Positions 21,497 through 30,485 of a DNA stretch of 64,000 nucleotides are shown piece by piece. Position 1 is the first letter of the stretch. The number at the start of each line of letters is the position of its first letter. Under the pieces are notes generated by a model. That model was not told the DNA's origin, searched no databases, and saw only the letters and a program-made list of their open reading frames with translations. The stretch comes from Sedimentisphaerales bacterium (lineage in GTDB: Bacteria > Planctomycetota > Phycisphaerae > Sedimentisphaerales > SM23-30), in NCBI GenBank assembly GCA_963667715.1, contig OY763926.1, positions 2,552,609 to 2,616,608 on the forward strand, given 5' to 3'. The translations under genes were made by a program, and so were the position numbers.

Positions 21497-21525
21497 TTGA
21501 TTTACCCGCTTTATGTTGTTAGAAT
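21497..21525 (+). promoter_or_regulatory. Candidate sigma70-type promoter upstream of metY
   Basis: TTGATT (21497-21502) is followed by a 17-nt spacer and TAGAAT (21520-21525). A second -10-like TATAAT lies at 21572-21577 without a good -35. This is pattern match only. Confidence 0.35.
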
Positions 21526-21609
21526 CCGACATGAAAAGAATAACAAAAAACAACACTTTTATACCTTGTTGTATAATAATTGGAAATGAAAGATAATGAG
21601 GATTTTATT

Positions 21610-22902
21610 ATGAGTTTTAAGCCTGAAACAATCGCAATCCATGGAGGATACCGCCCTGACGGCGTCAACTCTCGCGCTTGTGCTGTCCCGATCGTTCAGT
21701 CGGCTAGTTTTGTGTTTAAAGATACAGAACATGCAGCGAATCTTTTCGACCTGAAAGAATTCGGCGATATTTATACCAGATTGACCAATCCAACAGTTGC
21801 CGCCTGGGAACAACGTATGGCAGAACTTGAAGGTGGTACTGCCGCTGTTGGTACAGCCAGCGGAATGTCAGCTATTTTCCTCACTATTATGACCATTGCC
21901 AAAGCTGGCGACCATATTATATCATCAGCTTCGCTTTACGGCGGTACTGACACACTGTTCCGCTACACTCTGCCAGATATCGGTATTACCAGCGATTTTG
22001 TTAAAGACGCAGATCCGGCAAAGATCAAAGCCGCAATAAAGGCTAATACCAAAGCTATTTACATTGAATCTATTGCCAACCCTGCCTGTACAGTGCCGGA
22101 TTTTGAGGCTATAGCCCAAGTAGCGCACGAAGCAGGTATTCCACTTATCGTTGACAATACCTTTGCCCCTATAATATGCCGTCCGAAAGACTATGGAGCT
22201 GATATTGTTATCCATTCATGTACCAAATGGGTTGGCGGTCACGGTACAACCCTTGGTGGCGTAGCAATTGACTGCGGTACATTTGACTGGTCGACAAGTG
22301 GTAAGTTCCCAATGTTCACCACACCTGACCCAAGCTATCACGGCGTGGTATACTGGGATGTTTTTGGTAATCTGGGCGGTGTAAATATAGCATTTGCTAT
22401 CCGGGCCAGAACCCAGGGACTTAGGAACTGGGGACCATGTGCGTCACCATTTAGTGCATTCCAACTGCTGGTTGGCCTTGATTCGCTTGCTCTTAGAATC
22501 GAACGCCACTGCTCAAATACAGCAAAACTAGCAGAGTACCTGAGTAAAAACGACAAGGTAGAATGGGTTGAATACGCAGGACTGGAAACAAACGCAGCCT
22601 TTTCTAATGCTCAGAAGTATCTTAAGGGTGGTTTTGGCGGCGTTCTTGCTTTTGGTATCAAAGGCGGAGTTAAGGCTGGCGAAAAGTTCATTAATTCGGT
22701 GAAGCTGGCATATCACCTGGCAAATGTCGGCGATTCCAAAACACTGGTTATTCATCCTGCCAGCACTACCCATCGCCAGATGGAGGCAGAAGACCTGCTC
22801 GCAAGCGGTATCAGACCGGAATCGATCCGAGTTTCAGTAGGTGTTGAGCATATCGATGATATAATTGCTGATATTCAGCAGGCCCTTGACGCAGCTGTAT
22901 AA
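21610..22902 (+). CDS. metY: O-acetylhomoserine sulfhydrylase / aminocarboxypropyltransferase (PLP-dependent, Cys/Met metabolism family)
   Basis: Motifs include ETIAIHGG, YTRLTNPT and the PLP-lysine region HSCTKWVGGHGT. The ATG at 21610 is preceded by GAGGA with 7-nt spacing, whereas the supplied ORF begins at 21580. Confidence 0.85.
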   Translation: MSFKPETIAIHGGYRPDGVNSRACAVPIVQSASFVFKDTEHAANLFDLKEFGDIYTRLTNPTVAAWEQRMAELEGGTAAVGTASGMSAIFLTIMTIAKAGDHIISSASLYGGTDTLFRYTLPDIGITSDFVKDADPAKIKAAIKANTKAIYIESIANPACTVPDFEAIAQVAHEAGIPLIVDNTFAPIICRPKDYGADIVIHSCTKWVGGHGTTLGGVAIDCGTFDWSTSGKFPMFTTPDPSYHGVVYWDVFGNLGGVNIAFAIRARTQGLRNWGPCASPFSAFQLLVGLDSLALRIERHCSNTAKLAEYLSKNDKVEWVEYAGLETNAAFSNAQKYLKGGFGGVLAFGIKGGVKAGEKFINSVKLAYHLANVGDSKTLVIHPASTTHRQMEAEDLLASGIRPESIRVSVGVEHIDDIIADIQQALDAAV

Positions 22903-22921
22903 TATAGCAACTACAAAAGTT

Positions 22922-22961
22922 AAAAGCGGTATCTGTACTACAATATACAGATACCGCTTTT
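22922..22961. terminator. Bidirectional terminator between metY and the convergent histidine kinase gene
   Basis: A 16-bp stem pairs AAAAGCGGTATCTGTA (22922-22937) with TACAGATACCGCTTTT (22946-22961). Confidence 0.65.
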
Positions 22962-22986
22962 GCCGTTTAAGAACTCGATGTTTAAG

Positions 22987-25077
22987 TTAATTGCATACCG
23001 GAAAACTAACGGTTGCAATCGTACCTTTATCAACAACACTCTCTAAGTCAATTCTTCCGTTATGTTTTTCTACTATACGCTTAACTATGTCCATACCTAA
23101 GCCAGTGCCTTCACCTGGTTTTTTCGTAGTAAATAATGGTTCAAATACTCTTTCTAAAACACTTGGCGACATTCCACAACCACTATCTTTGATCTTAACC
23201 ACTACCTCATCGCCATCGTTATAAATATCAATAATTAGATGCCCCTTATCATCCATAGCCTGAAGTGAATTCTGGATAAGATTTGTCCACACCTGATTAA
23301 ATTCATCAGAGTTACCCAGTACCTTAAGTGATGTATTATAATTCTTCTCCAGCTTCACACCATGTTTGATCTTATTATGAAATAACAACAATACAGTATC
23401 AAGCCCCTCACGAATATCAAGCGGCCCCTGCTGGAACTCACCAGTCTGAGATGCCGTATTGTACATATAGCTTTTAAGAGCCCTAACGGTCCTTGACGCT
23501 TTGCCAACAGCAAGCTCTATCATACTACAACTGCGGAGCATATCTGCTATACGAGTAATCCCTTTTAAGATTTCATATGAATTATTATCTTTCAGAAATT
23601 CGATATAATCCTGCCAGTCGCCATGAACACCTAGATCAACTAGAATAGCAGCCTTATCTTTTGCATCCGATACCATGTTTTTTATAAGATTATCTGCCAG
23701 AAAAGCTTTTGCGATCCTTTCTTCGCGAGTACTGAACTGATCGCTGAACGATGTTGATGAAATAACATGATTAAAAGTATTTTTAACAATCTCACCATAT
23801 GGGCCGGTAAACCAGGTATGAATCTTATCGATATCATTCATAATTGATATGATATTGATATTTATGACACCACAAGACGAGCTGATAGCACTCAGAGGAG
23901 AATTGATCTCATGTGCGATACCGGCAACAAGATTGCCTAACACTGCCATTTTTTCAGAGAGTATAAGCTGACCCTGTGCCCGCTTGAGCTCTGCTAATGA
24001 ATATTCAAGCTCATCATTTTTCTGCTTTAACAGTTCGGTACGTTCATCAACCTTACGCTCAAGATTTACTGAGTACGATTTCATTTCATTATGCGCAGAA
24101 GTAAGCTCCTGCTCTTTTGCCAGCAAAGCATTAGTCCTGGCATTAACCTGATACTTTAATACCAAAATAAATATCAGCGAAACAATACCTAAAAAGACAA
24201 AAGAAGCCAAAACATAAATCAGGTATTCAGAAATATCATATTCTGGTTGGCGAACTTTAGCCAACCCATGCTCTATATACAGTTTATTATATACAGAACC
24301 GCCGTCGGCTTTATACAGTTCCATTCTCTGGTCAAATGCCTCACGCAGCTGTACATTTTCACCTTTGGCAAATGCAATGTTCAGATCTGTTGGATTAAAG
24401 TACATTCCTGAGCTGACCAGGCCGTGCTTATGCAGCTTTTCGCGAAATAATAGCCTTGGACCTGTTGCAGCAAATATTTTACCTTTTTCAAGAGCATCAT
24501 ATAATTCATCGTGACCTTTATAGTACATTAAAGAATAATTTACATCAAAACGTTTAATATACTTTTGGAACCCCAGTCCATTATTATCATCTCGAACCAT
24601 ACCTATTTTTTTGCCACTCAAAGCCGAGATGTTAAAATCTTTTTTATCTTCTTTCCGAATATACAGTTCACTCCACATAGTATATAGAGTATTTGAGAGG
24701 AAATCTAGATACTCTACCCTTTCCTCTGTTATCTGTGTACCCGGCAAAATATCTATTTCTTTATTTTTCAGCTTATCAAGTAATTCAGGCCAACTCCCGT
24801 CAACCCATTCCAGCTTAACTCCTTCATCCTTAGCCAGATTTGCTAATATCTCAGCGGGGAACCCGTCGGGGGAGCCGTCTACATTTCTGAAAATAAAACC
24901 AGGAACATCAGGCAATCCAGCCTTATATACATTATCTCTGAAGCTGATATTATGACCATAGACGGTAAGGCTAAAAGACTGCAATAGTATAAAAACAAGC
25001 AATGCGACTATAACAGAGTTTGAAAAACTTATATGATCATATTTACAATTTGTATCCGACTCTTCCCCAAAAATCAT
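22987..25077 (-). CDS. Sensor histidine kinase with an N-terminal periplasmic solute-binding (SBP family 3-like) domain
   Basis: The N-terminal extracytoplasmic region (about 250 aa) resembles amino-acid-type solute-binding proteins. It is followed by a TM helix, a coiled coil, H-box HEINSPL, N-box NLIQNSLQAM, G1 DSGCGM and G2 GTGLGM. There is no receiver domain and no adjacent response regulator. Confidence 0.8.
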   Translation of the reverse strand: MIFGEESDTNCKYDHISFSNSVIVALLVFILLQSFSLTVYGHNISFRDNVYKAGLPDVPGFIFRNVDGSPDGFPAEILANLAKDEGVKLEWVDGSWPELLDKLKNKEIDILPGTQITEERVEYLDFLSNTLYTMWSELYIRKEDKKDFNISALSGKKIGMVRDDNNGLGFQKYIKRFDVNYSLMYYKGHDELYDALEKGKIFAATGPRLLFREKLHKHGLVSSGMYFNPTDLNIAFAKGENVQLREAFDQRMELYKADGGSVYNKLYIEHGLAKVRQPEYDISEYLIYVLASFVFLGIVSLIFILVLKYQVNARTNALLAKEQELTSAHNEMKSYSVNLERKVDERTELLKQKNDELEYSLAELKRAQGQLILSEKMAVLGNLVAGIAHEINSPLSAISSSCGVININIISIMNDIDKIHTWFTGPYGEIVKNTFNHVISSTSFSDQFSTREERIAKAFLADNLIKNMVSDAKDKAAILVDLGVHGDWQDYIEFLKDNNSYEILKGITRIADMLRSCSMIELAVGKASRTVRALKSYMYNTASQTGEFQQGPLDIREGLDTVLLLFHNKIKHGVKLEKNYNTSLKVLGNSDEFNQVWTNLIQNSLQAMDDKGHLIIDIYNDGDEVVVKIKDSGCGMSPSVLERVFEPLFTTKKPGEGTGLGMDIVKRIVEKHNGRIDLESVVDKGTIATVSFPVCN

Positions 25078-25100
25078 TATCTTGATCCACCACTTTTATA

Positions 25101-25979
25101 TCAATTAGGCTCTATGTGAACAACCACATCAACAGCCTGAGGTACATCTTTTTCTATCCGTGCCTCAACAGCTTCCGCTATATCATGGCCCTGCCTGACC
25201 GTCAGGCTCCCATTAACAACAACATGCATATCAACCGCTATAGATGAACTGCCAATATAACGAGTACGAAGTTTATGAACTTCAATAACTCCTTCAGTTG
25301 TAGCAGTTATCATTTTTAATTTTGCCATTATTACTGACGATGCTCCGGCATCTATCAATAAGTTAAACGCCGGCCTGCCGATCCGATAGGCTGCAATAAC
25401 AATAAAGATCGATACTACCACAGAACCTATATGGTCTAAAAAAGCCCAATTAGGCCAAAAATATGCAATTACTGACGTTATCATAACTGGTATAGAACTA
25501 AGACCATCACTACGATGATGCCATGCATTAGCAGCCAGGACCTGACTATGCAGATCTCTGGCATACTTCATTGTCCAGCGGTATAATAACTCTTTTACTA
25601 CAATTGACACAAATGCAGCAATACCAGCTATTAAACCAATTATATTATCGTGATCTTTTTTAAGCTCGGACAACGAGCTGTACATCATTCCAATAGCAAC
25701 AGCAAATAACGATATAGCTATCACAAGTGCTAATACGATCTCTAATCGCTTATGACCATGTGGGTGTTCACTATCAGGAGGCTTATCCCAATATCGGGCA
25801 CCCCATAAAACCGCAACGTCAGTAAAACTATCTGAAAAACTATGTACTGAGTCTGCAACAACGGCCTGACTATGCCCCAGGACACCGGCGATAAATTTAA
25901 GAACTGACAAAATGAGATTTATACCCAGGCTTGCCCAAGTCAAATTCGCTATTCTTGTTGTCCTGTTCGCGTCTTGCAT
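25101..25979 (-). CDS. Cation diffusion facilitator (CDF) family metal efflux transporter
   Basis: There are six hydrophobic segments, the H/D metal-site motifs HSFSDSFTD and HHRSDGLSS, and a C-terminal cytoplasmic domain ending in VVVHIEP. Confidence 0.85.
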   Translation of the reverse strand: MQDANRTTRIANLTWASLGINLILSVLKFIAGVLGHSQAVVADSVHSFSDSFTDVAVLWGARYWDKPPDSEHPHGHKRLEIVLALVIAISLFAVAIGMMYSSLSELKKDHDNIIGLIAGIAAFVSIVVKELLYRWTMKYARDLHSQVLAANAWHHRSDGLSSIPVMITSVIAYFWPNWAFLDHIGSVVVSIFIVIAAYRIGRPAFNLLIDAGASSVIMAKLKMITATTEGVIEVHKLRTRYIGSSSIAVDMHVVVNGSLTVRQGHDIAEAVEARIEKDVPQAVDVVVHIEPN

Positions 25980-26020
25980 AAAGTACAGATTAGGGAAAAA
26001 GAAACAGTTTCAAACTTTTA

Positions 26021-27286
26021 CTATTTTGCTTTAATATCATATACAAATAATGAATCGCCATGTCTTACATAAAGACGACCATTTGAGATAGAAGGATGAG
26101 CCCAATGCTCTCCGCTGCCCTCTATAAACATCGAACCAGAAATTTCAAAACCAGAAGGGTCTGCTTTTACCAGAGCTACCTTACCAGTTTTTTCATTATA
26201 ACAATACAAATAACCTTCGGCAAAAATTGCGACACCTTTACCAGTGCCCCAGTTATGTGTATACTTGATCTCATAGTTATCCAAATCCATGCACATCCAA
26301 CGACCTTTATCATTAGTATTCCACCAACAGGAACCGTAAGCATAACCATCATTGACAACTATACCATGATGATGATTATCAAATTCTTTGATATACTTAA
26401 GAACTTCAACCGAGCGGCAATCATCAGCAAGTTTGATAACACCAGCTCCTCTATTGTAACCTGCGCTCATCAATAGCTTACCATCAAAATACTGAGGCGT
26501 ATTTGCACGTACATCACTACCACCACCTGAAGCCTTACCCTCAAATACTTCATATTTGAGGTCCCAAAGTAGCTCACCATCTGCCAATGCTACACCAAAA
26601 GCCATATCAGAGAGTAATGTGACAACCATATCCTGCCCATTATGTTTGATATAAGCAGCAGAACAGTAGCTGACATTAGTACCAAAAGACTTGACCTTCC
26701 AGAGCTCTTTGCCATCTGCTGCATTTAACGCTACCAAGCTGGCTTCACTACCACCCGGTGTACAGATAACCTTGCCGTCTACAACCAGCACAGACTCAGC
26801 TTGCCCAAAGGTCGGTGACTTAGTACCATATTTTTCAGCAACATCAACCTGCCAGTTGGGTTTACCATCTTTTGCATCAAAACAGCTCACCAGACCATTA
26901 CCAGTCATAATATAGACTTTTCCATCTACTACTGCAGGTGTACTGCGAGCACCTTTAAATGACTTAAACCATTCCTGACCATATTCTTTCTGCCAGATAA
27001 TATTTCCTTTATTATCAATTGCGTACAATATACCAACACGAGTTTTTTTATCCATTCCAGCGGTATATATAATATCATCAACTACGGCACAGCCAGACCA
27101 ACCCAAACCGAGCTCGCCTTCTATAGACCATAACATTTCTGGTCCGCCTGCCGGCCAGCTGGTCAACAAACCAGTCTCAGTAGACTTACCTGTCCGCTGT
27201 AAATCATTTCTAAAACCCGGCCAATCTGCCGCACTCAAACATCCTGCAAATAACAATACTATTAATAATAATTGAAAATTTCTCAT
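26021..27286 (-). CDS. PQQ-like (BamB/YfgL-type) beta-propeller repeat protein, secreted (paralog 1)
   Basis: It has a signal peptide, the N-terminal motif ADWPGFRNDLQRTG typical of this family, repeated G-x-V/I-Y-x-x propeller blades, and the C-terminal NGRLYVRHGDSLFVYDI. Confidence 0.7.
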   Translation of the reverse strand: MRNFQLLLIVLLFAGCLSAADWPGFRNDLQRTGKSTETGLLTSWPAGGPEMLWSIEGELGLGWSGCAVVDDIIYTAGMDKKTRVGILYAIDNKGNIIWQKEYGQEWFKSFKGARSTPAVVDGKVYIMTGNGLVSCFDAKDGKPNWQVDVAEKYGTKSPTFGQAESVLVVDGKVICTPGGSEASLVALNAADGKELWKVKSFGTNVSYCSAAYIKHNGQDMVVTLLSDMAFGVALADGELLWDLKYEVFEGKASGGGSDVRANTPQYFDGKLLMSAGYNRGAGVIKLADDCRSVEVLKYIKEFDNHHHGIVVNDGYAYGSCWWNTNDKGRWMCMDLDNYEIKYTHNWGTGKGVAIFAEGYLYCYNEKTGKVALVKADPSGFEISGSMFIEGSGEHWAHPSISNGRLYVRHGDSLFVYDIKAK

Positions 27287-27339
27287 TTTATCCTCGTAGA
27301 TTTAATACTTTATTTCCTGTTAACACAATTCTATTGAGC

Positions 27340-28596
27340 TTACTTACTAATATTATAAACACGTAAAGAATCACCACGATGCACATATAATCTGCCATTT
27401 GATATGGCCAGATGTGCCCAGTGCTCACCACTGCCCCAGTCAACTTTGAACTGACTTACTATATTGAATCCAGCGGGGTCAGCCTTTACCAGGGCCACAA
27501 TACCATTTTGCTCACCATAACAATATAAATAACCTTCAGCAGCGATAAGCGTACCTTTATTATTATCCCAATCATACTCGTAGCTGTACTTGCAATCATT
27601 CCAATTCATACAAACCCATTTATTTGGCTTGGCTGAATTTGTGCCGTAAACATAATCACCTACTTTTACATCACCACCCGTATGAGTATCAAAATCTGCC
27701 AAAGTGCCTGCTACGCTGGCCGAACGTCCATCTTCTGAGAGTTCAAGCATAACAGCACCCTTTTCATAACCACTGCTTAGAAAGATCTTGCCATCAGAAT
27801 AAATGGGACAATTTGCTCTGGCTCCTATCCGGCGGCCTTGCGGTTCAAACTCACTATAAGGAACTTTCCATAGAACTTTACCTGTACCTGCCTCTATTGC
27901 AACTATTGACTCGCTCAAGACCGCGACAATCATATCAAGACCATTATGGCTGACAAGAATTGGTGAACAGTGAATAGATGCTTCAGTAAGATCTGTAGTA
28001 ACCCACATTTCCTTACCAGATTCTGCATTTAATGCTACTACCGCTCCCAGATCACCACCCGGTGTGGTAATAACCAAATCGTCGTAAATCAAAGCAGAAT
28101 CGGAAAAGCCCCATCTGCCAGCCTTGCCTTTATACTTTTCCTGAGTATCGACTGCCCATATGACTTTTCCATCATGTGCGTCCAAACAGGTAACTTTTGC
28201 TAAACCACTATTCATGTAGATTCGGTCATTAGAAAAAGTTGGAGTGTTGCGTGTTCCCGGAAATGACTTTGCCCATTCCAAGCCGTATACAGTTCTCCAT
28301 AGCTGCTTACCACTTTTATCAAATGCAAAAACAGCACCTTCTTTACTCTTTTTATCTGTCCCGGCGATATATGTTATATCATCTACCACACTAACAGACG
28401 ACCAACCAAGTCCCAAAACTCCTTCTACGGACCAGAGAAGCTCAGGACCACCTTCCGGCCAACTATCAAGCAGACCTGTCTCAGCAGAATAGCCGCTTCG
28501 TGAATAACCGCGAAATTCCGGCCAATCATCGGCAAATACACCACTTAACTGGGAAACAAACAGCACCATAATTATCAATAGCAAATGTCTTTTCAT
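27340..28596 (-). CDS. PQQ-like beta-propeller repeat protein, secreted (paralog 2, tandem to 26021-27286)
   Basis: It has the same architecture as paralog 1 and is collinear with it. By eye roughly 45-50% of positions are identical (for example GGPELLWSVEGVLGLGWSS versus GGPEMLWSIEGELGLGWSG, and the GSGEHWAH...SNGRLYV tails). Confidence 0.7.
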   Translation of the reverse strand: MKRHLLLIIMVLFVSQLSGVFADDWPEFRGYSRSGYSAETGLLDSWPEGGPELLWSVEGVLGLGWSSVSVVDDITYIAGTDKKSKEGAVFAFDKSGKQLWRTVYGLEWAKSFPGTRNTPTFSNDRIYMNSGLAKVTCLDAHDGKVIWAVDTQEKYKGKAGRWGFSDSALIYDDLVITTPGGDLGAVVALNAESGKEMWVTTDLTEASIHCSPILVSHNGLDMIVAVLSESIVAIEAGTGKVLWKVPYSEFEPQGRRIGARANCPIYSDGKIFLSSGYEKGAVMLELSEDGRSASVAGTLADFDTHTGGDVKVGDYVYGTNSAKPNKWVCMNWNDCKYSYEYDWDNNKGTLIAAEGYLYCYGEQNGIVALVKADPAGFNIVSQFKVDWGSGEHWAHLAISNGRLYVHRGDSLRVYNISK

Positions 28597-28749
28597 AAGG
28601 TCACCTCATATCAATGTTGAATTTACTTTTATTAGGAGCTCTAAGTGGGCCTGCATAATCAGCAAGCTTCAGAAAATAACATAAATAATTATATAGGAAC
28701 TACTAGCAGTATAAAACAAAAAAAATGTAAACAACGTGATATAAAAGAG

Positions 28750-29463
28750 TCATTTTTTGCTGTTGATTATCGATTCAGCCAGCAGAAAATCTCTCATAGA
28801 ATCAATATCTATTGTTTCGTGCGATGCCTGAGTAAGCCCTTTTATGTTACTGCCCCAGAAAGCATGCGGATTATCACTACCAGCAGCATTCATTACAACA
28901 TCTCTACGTAATACACTTACAGCGCCATCGATCGAAAAGAGCTCCGGAAGGTCCTGACGGCGGTAAATATTGTTTGGGATGAACTTACTCACATTATTGT
29001 CAGAATCTTTCTGAAATAACCAGTAAGGGTGGAATTTGCCAATATCAGATATCGTATGTACCGAGTCTGCTTTGCTCTCCGCCATCATGGCCACAGCACG
29101 GTCAATTATCCCATCAGCACGCACCGGAATATTGGCATATAAGAGCACAATCAGGTCTACGCGTGGACCATCTGCTTCCAGAGCCACGATACCATGGCGA
29201 ATAGCATCATCAATTCTCGCAGTAGAACTCGCAAGCTCAGCCGGACGCTCTATAGAGTCTACATCATTTCCCCGACAATAGGCCAGTACTTCAGCATCGT
29301 CGCTACTAACACATACTCTGGTCAGAGCTTGTGAACTGCGAGCGGCATCAATTGTATACGCTATAACAGGGCGACCAGATATTAGCCGCCTGTTCTTACC
29401 CGGCACGCCAACGCTACCGGCCCGTGCCGGGATAAATCCTACGATGTTAAGTTCCTGTCCCAA
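28750..29463 (-). CDS. Acylneuraminate (NeuA/CMP-nonulosonate)-type cytidylyltransferase family protein
   Basis: GFIPARAGSVGVPGKNRRLISGRPVIAYTIDAA matches the NeuA-type NTP-binding loop. The length is 237 aa and the ORF uses a TTG start. Confidence 0.7.
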   Translation of the reverse strand: MGQELNIVGFIPARAGSVGVPGKNRRLISGRPVIAYTIDAARSSQALTRVCVSSDDAEVLAYCRGNDVDSIERPAELASSTARIDDAIRHGIVALEADGPRVDLIVLLYANIPVRADGIIDRAVAMMAESKADSVHTISDIGKFHPYWLFQKDSDNNVSKFIPNNIYRRQDLPELFSIDGAVSVLRRDVVMNAAGSDNPHAFWGSNIKGLTQASHETIDIDSMRDFLLAESIINSKK

Positions 29464-29487
29464 ATTAAACCACCTATATAACAGCTA

Positions 29488-30417
29488 TTACTGTTTTGGC
29501 TGCTCCTGAACAGCAGTTTCTGCTTCACCTTCCGGCTGTGGGCCTTGCTGTATACTAAGCTTTAACTGCTTAAACCAAGGATACTTGCTAATAACAGCAA
29601 AACACTTATTAACCTGCTTGAGAGGCTCCTCTATTACTTTATCTTGATAATTGATCGATGCCAGTATAGGTTTTAGGTATTCGATGCTTTCATCCAGCTT
29701 TTCATAACTACAGCTGATCTTTATATCCTGGATAATGTCGCGGTTTTTATCCCATAGCTGAACGATCGCAACTGTTTCCTTTTTACCTTCTACCGGCCTG
29801 GCACCTTTATGCAAAATACCATTAACCTGATCTGTATCAAACAGAACAATACCTTCAGCATTACTTGGCATTGCAGCTTTGTAATTTATCATGGCCAGAT
29901 ACTTAGTACGGGCAACTTCATCCATACCGATAAAATCGAAATACCCCTTCTTCTGGATCACAGCAGCGTCTTTATGCCACTGGTAATCATTAACGCCCAT
30001 CTTTTTGAGAACTTCGTTTTCCGGGTTCTCTTCCTGAGCCTTGCGTATTGTATCTGCCGCAATAACAGCTGATGTAGGCTGATTGATCTGTAGTGCCGCA
30101 TTCTGCAGTGCCACCAGAACCGCACCTTGCTGAGGCAAAATAGCCATAAACTGGATATCACCAGCCGGAACTGCCATATTGAAAGAACCCATATCTGTTA
30201 CAGGCAACCCGCTCTGAGCTGTCCAGGATTCTTCTGATACTGGAATATTCAGAGCAGACTCTACACCTTTGAAATTTTTATTGTATTCCCATATCCGCAT
30301 ACCATAGGTAATTGCATAACTTAAAACCACAATAGCTATACCATAGCCGATATATAATCCCATATCAGATTTTTTCTTCTGGGGGCCCTGAACTTCATTG
30401 TTTTCTGTCTCAGACAT
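29488..30417 (-). CDS. Hypothetical membrane-anchored protein (309 aa)
   Basis: The ORF is continuous, co-directional and tightly spaced with both neighbours (24 nt and 68 nt). It has one N-terminal hydrophobic helix, LYIGYGIAIVVLSYAITYGM, and no motif I recognise. Confidence 0.5.
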   Translation of the reverse strand: MSETENNEVQGPQKKKSDMGLYIGYGIAIVVLSYAITYGMRIWEYNKNFKGVESALNIPVSEESWTAQSGLPVTDMGSFNMAVPAGDIQFMAILPQQGAVLVALQNAALQINQPTSAVIAADTIRKAQEENPENEVLKKMGVNDYQWHKDAAVIQKKGYFDFIGMDEVARTKYLAMINYKAAMPSNAEGIVLFDTDQVNGILHKGARPVEGKKETVAIVQLWDKNRDIIQDIKISCSYEKLDESIEYLKPILASINYQDKVIEEPLKQVNKCFAVISKYPWFKQLKLSIQQGPQPEGEAETAVQEQPKQ

Positions 30418-30485
30418 ACTATAAACTCCTGTTTCGATTATAAATGCACACTATAATTATCTGTGTTAAAATCAAATTACCTAAA

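Noticed and set aside
21305-21579. I looked for a SAM or other riboswitch leader upstream of metY.
   Set aside because: The spacer is AT-rich with no GC-rich helices and no SAM-I-type conserved blocks. Only promoter-like hexamers were seen.
21168-21579. I considered tRNA-Leu as an integration hot spot for a genomic island.
   Set aside because: There is no integrase, no direct repeat of the tRNA 3' end that I could find nearby, and the flanking genes (pgl, metY) are ordinary housekeeping genes of normal composition.
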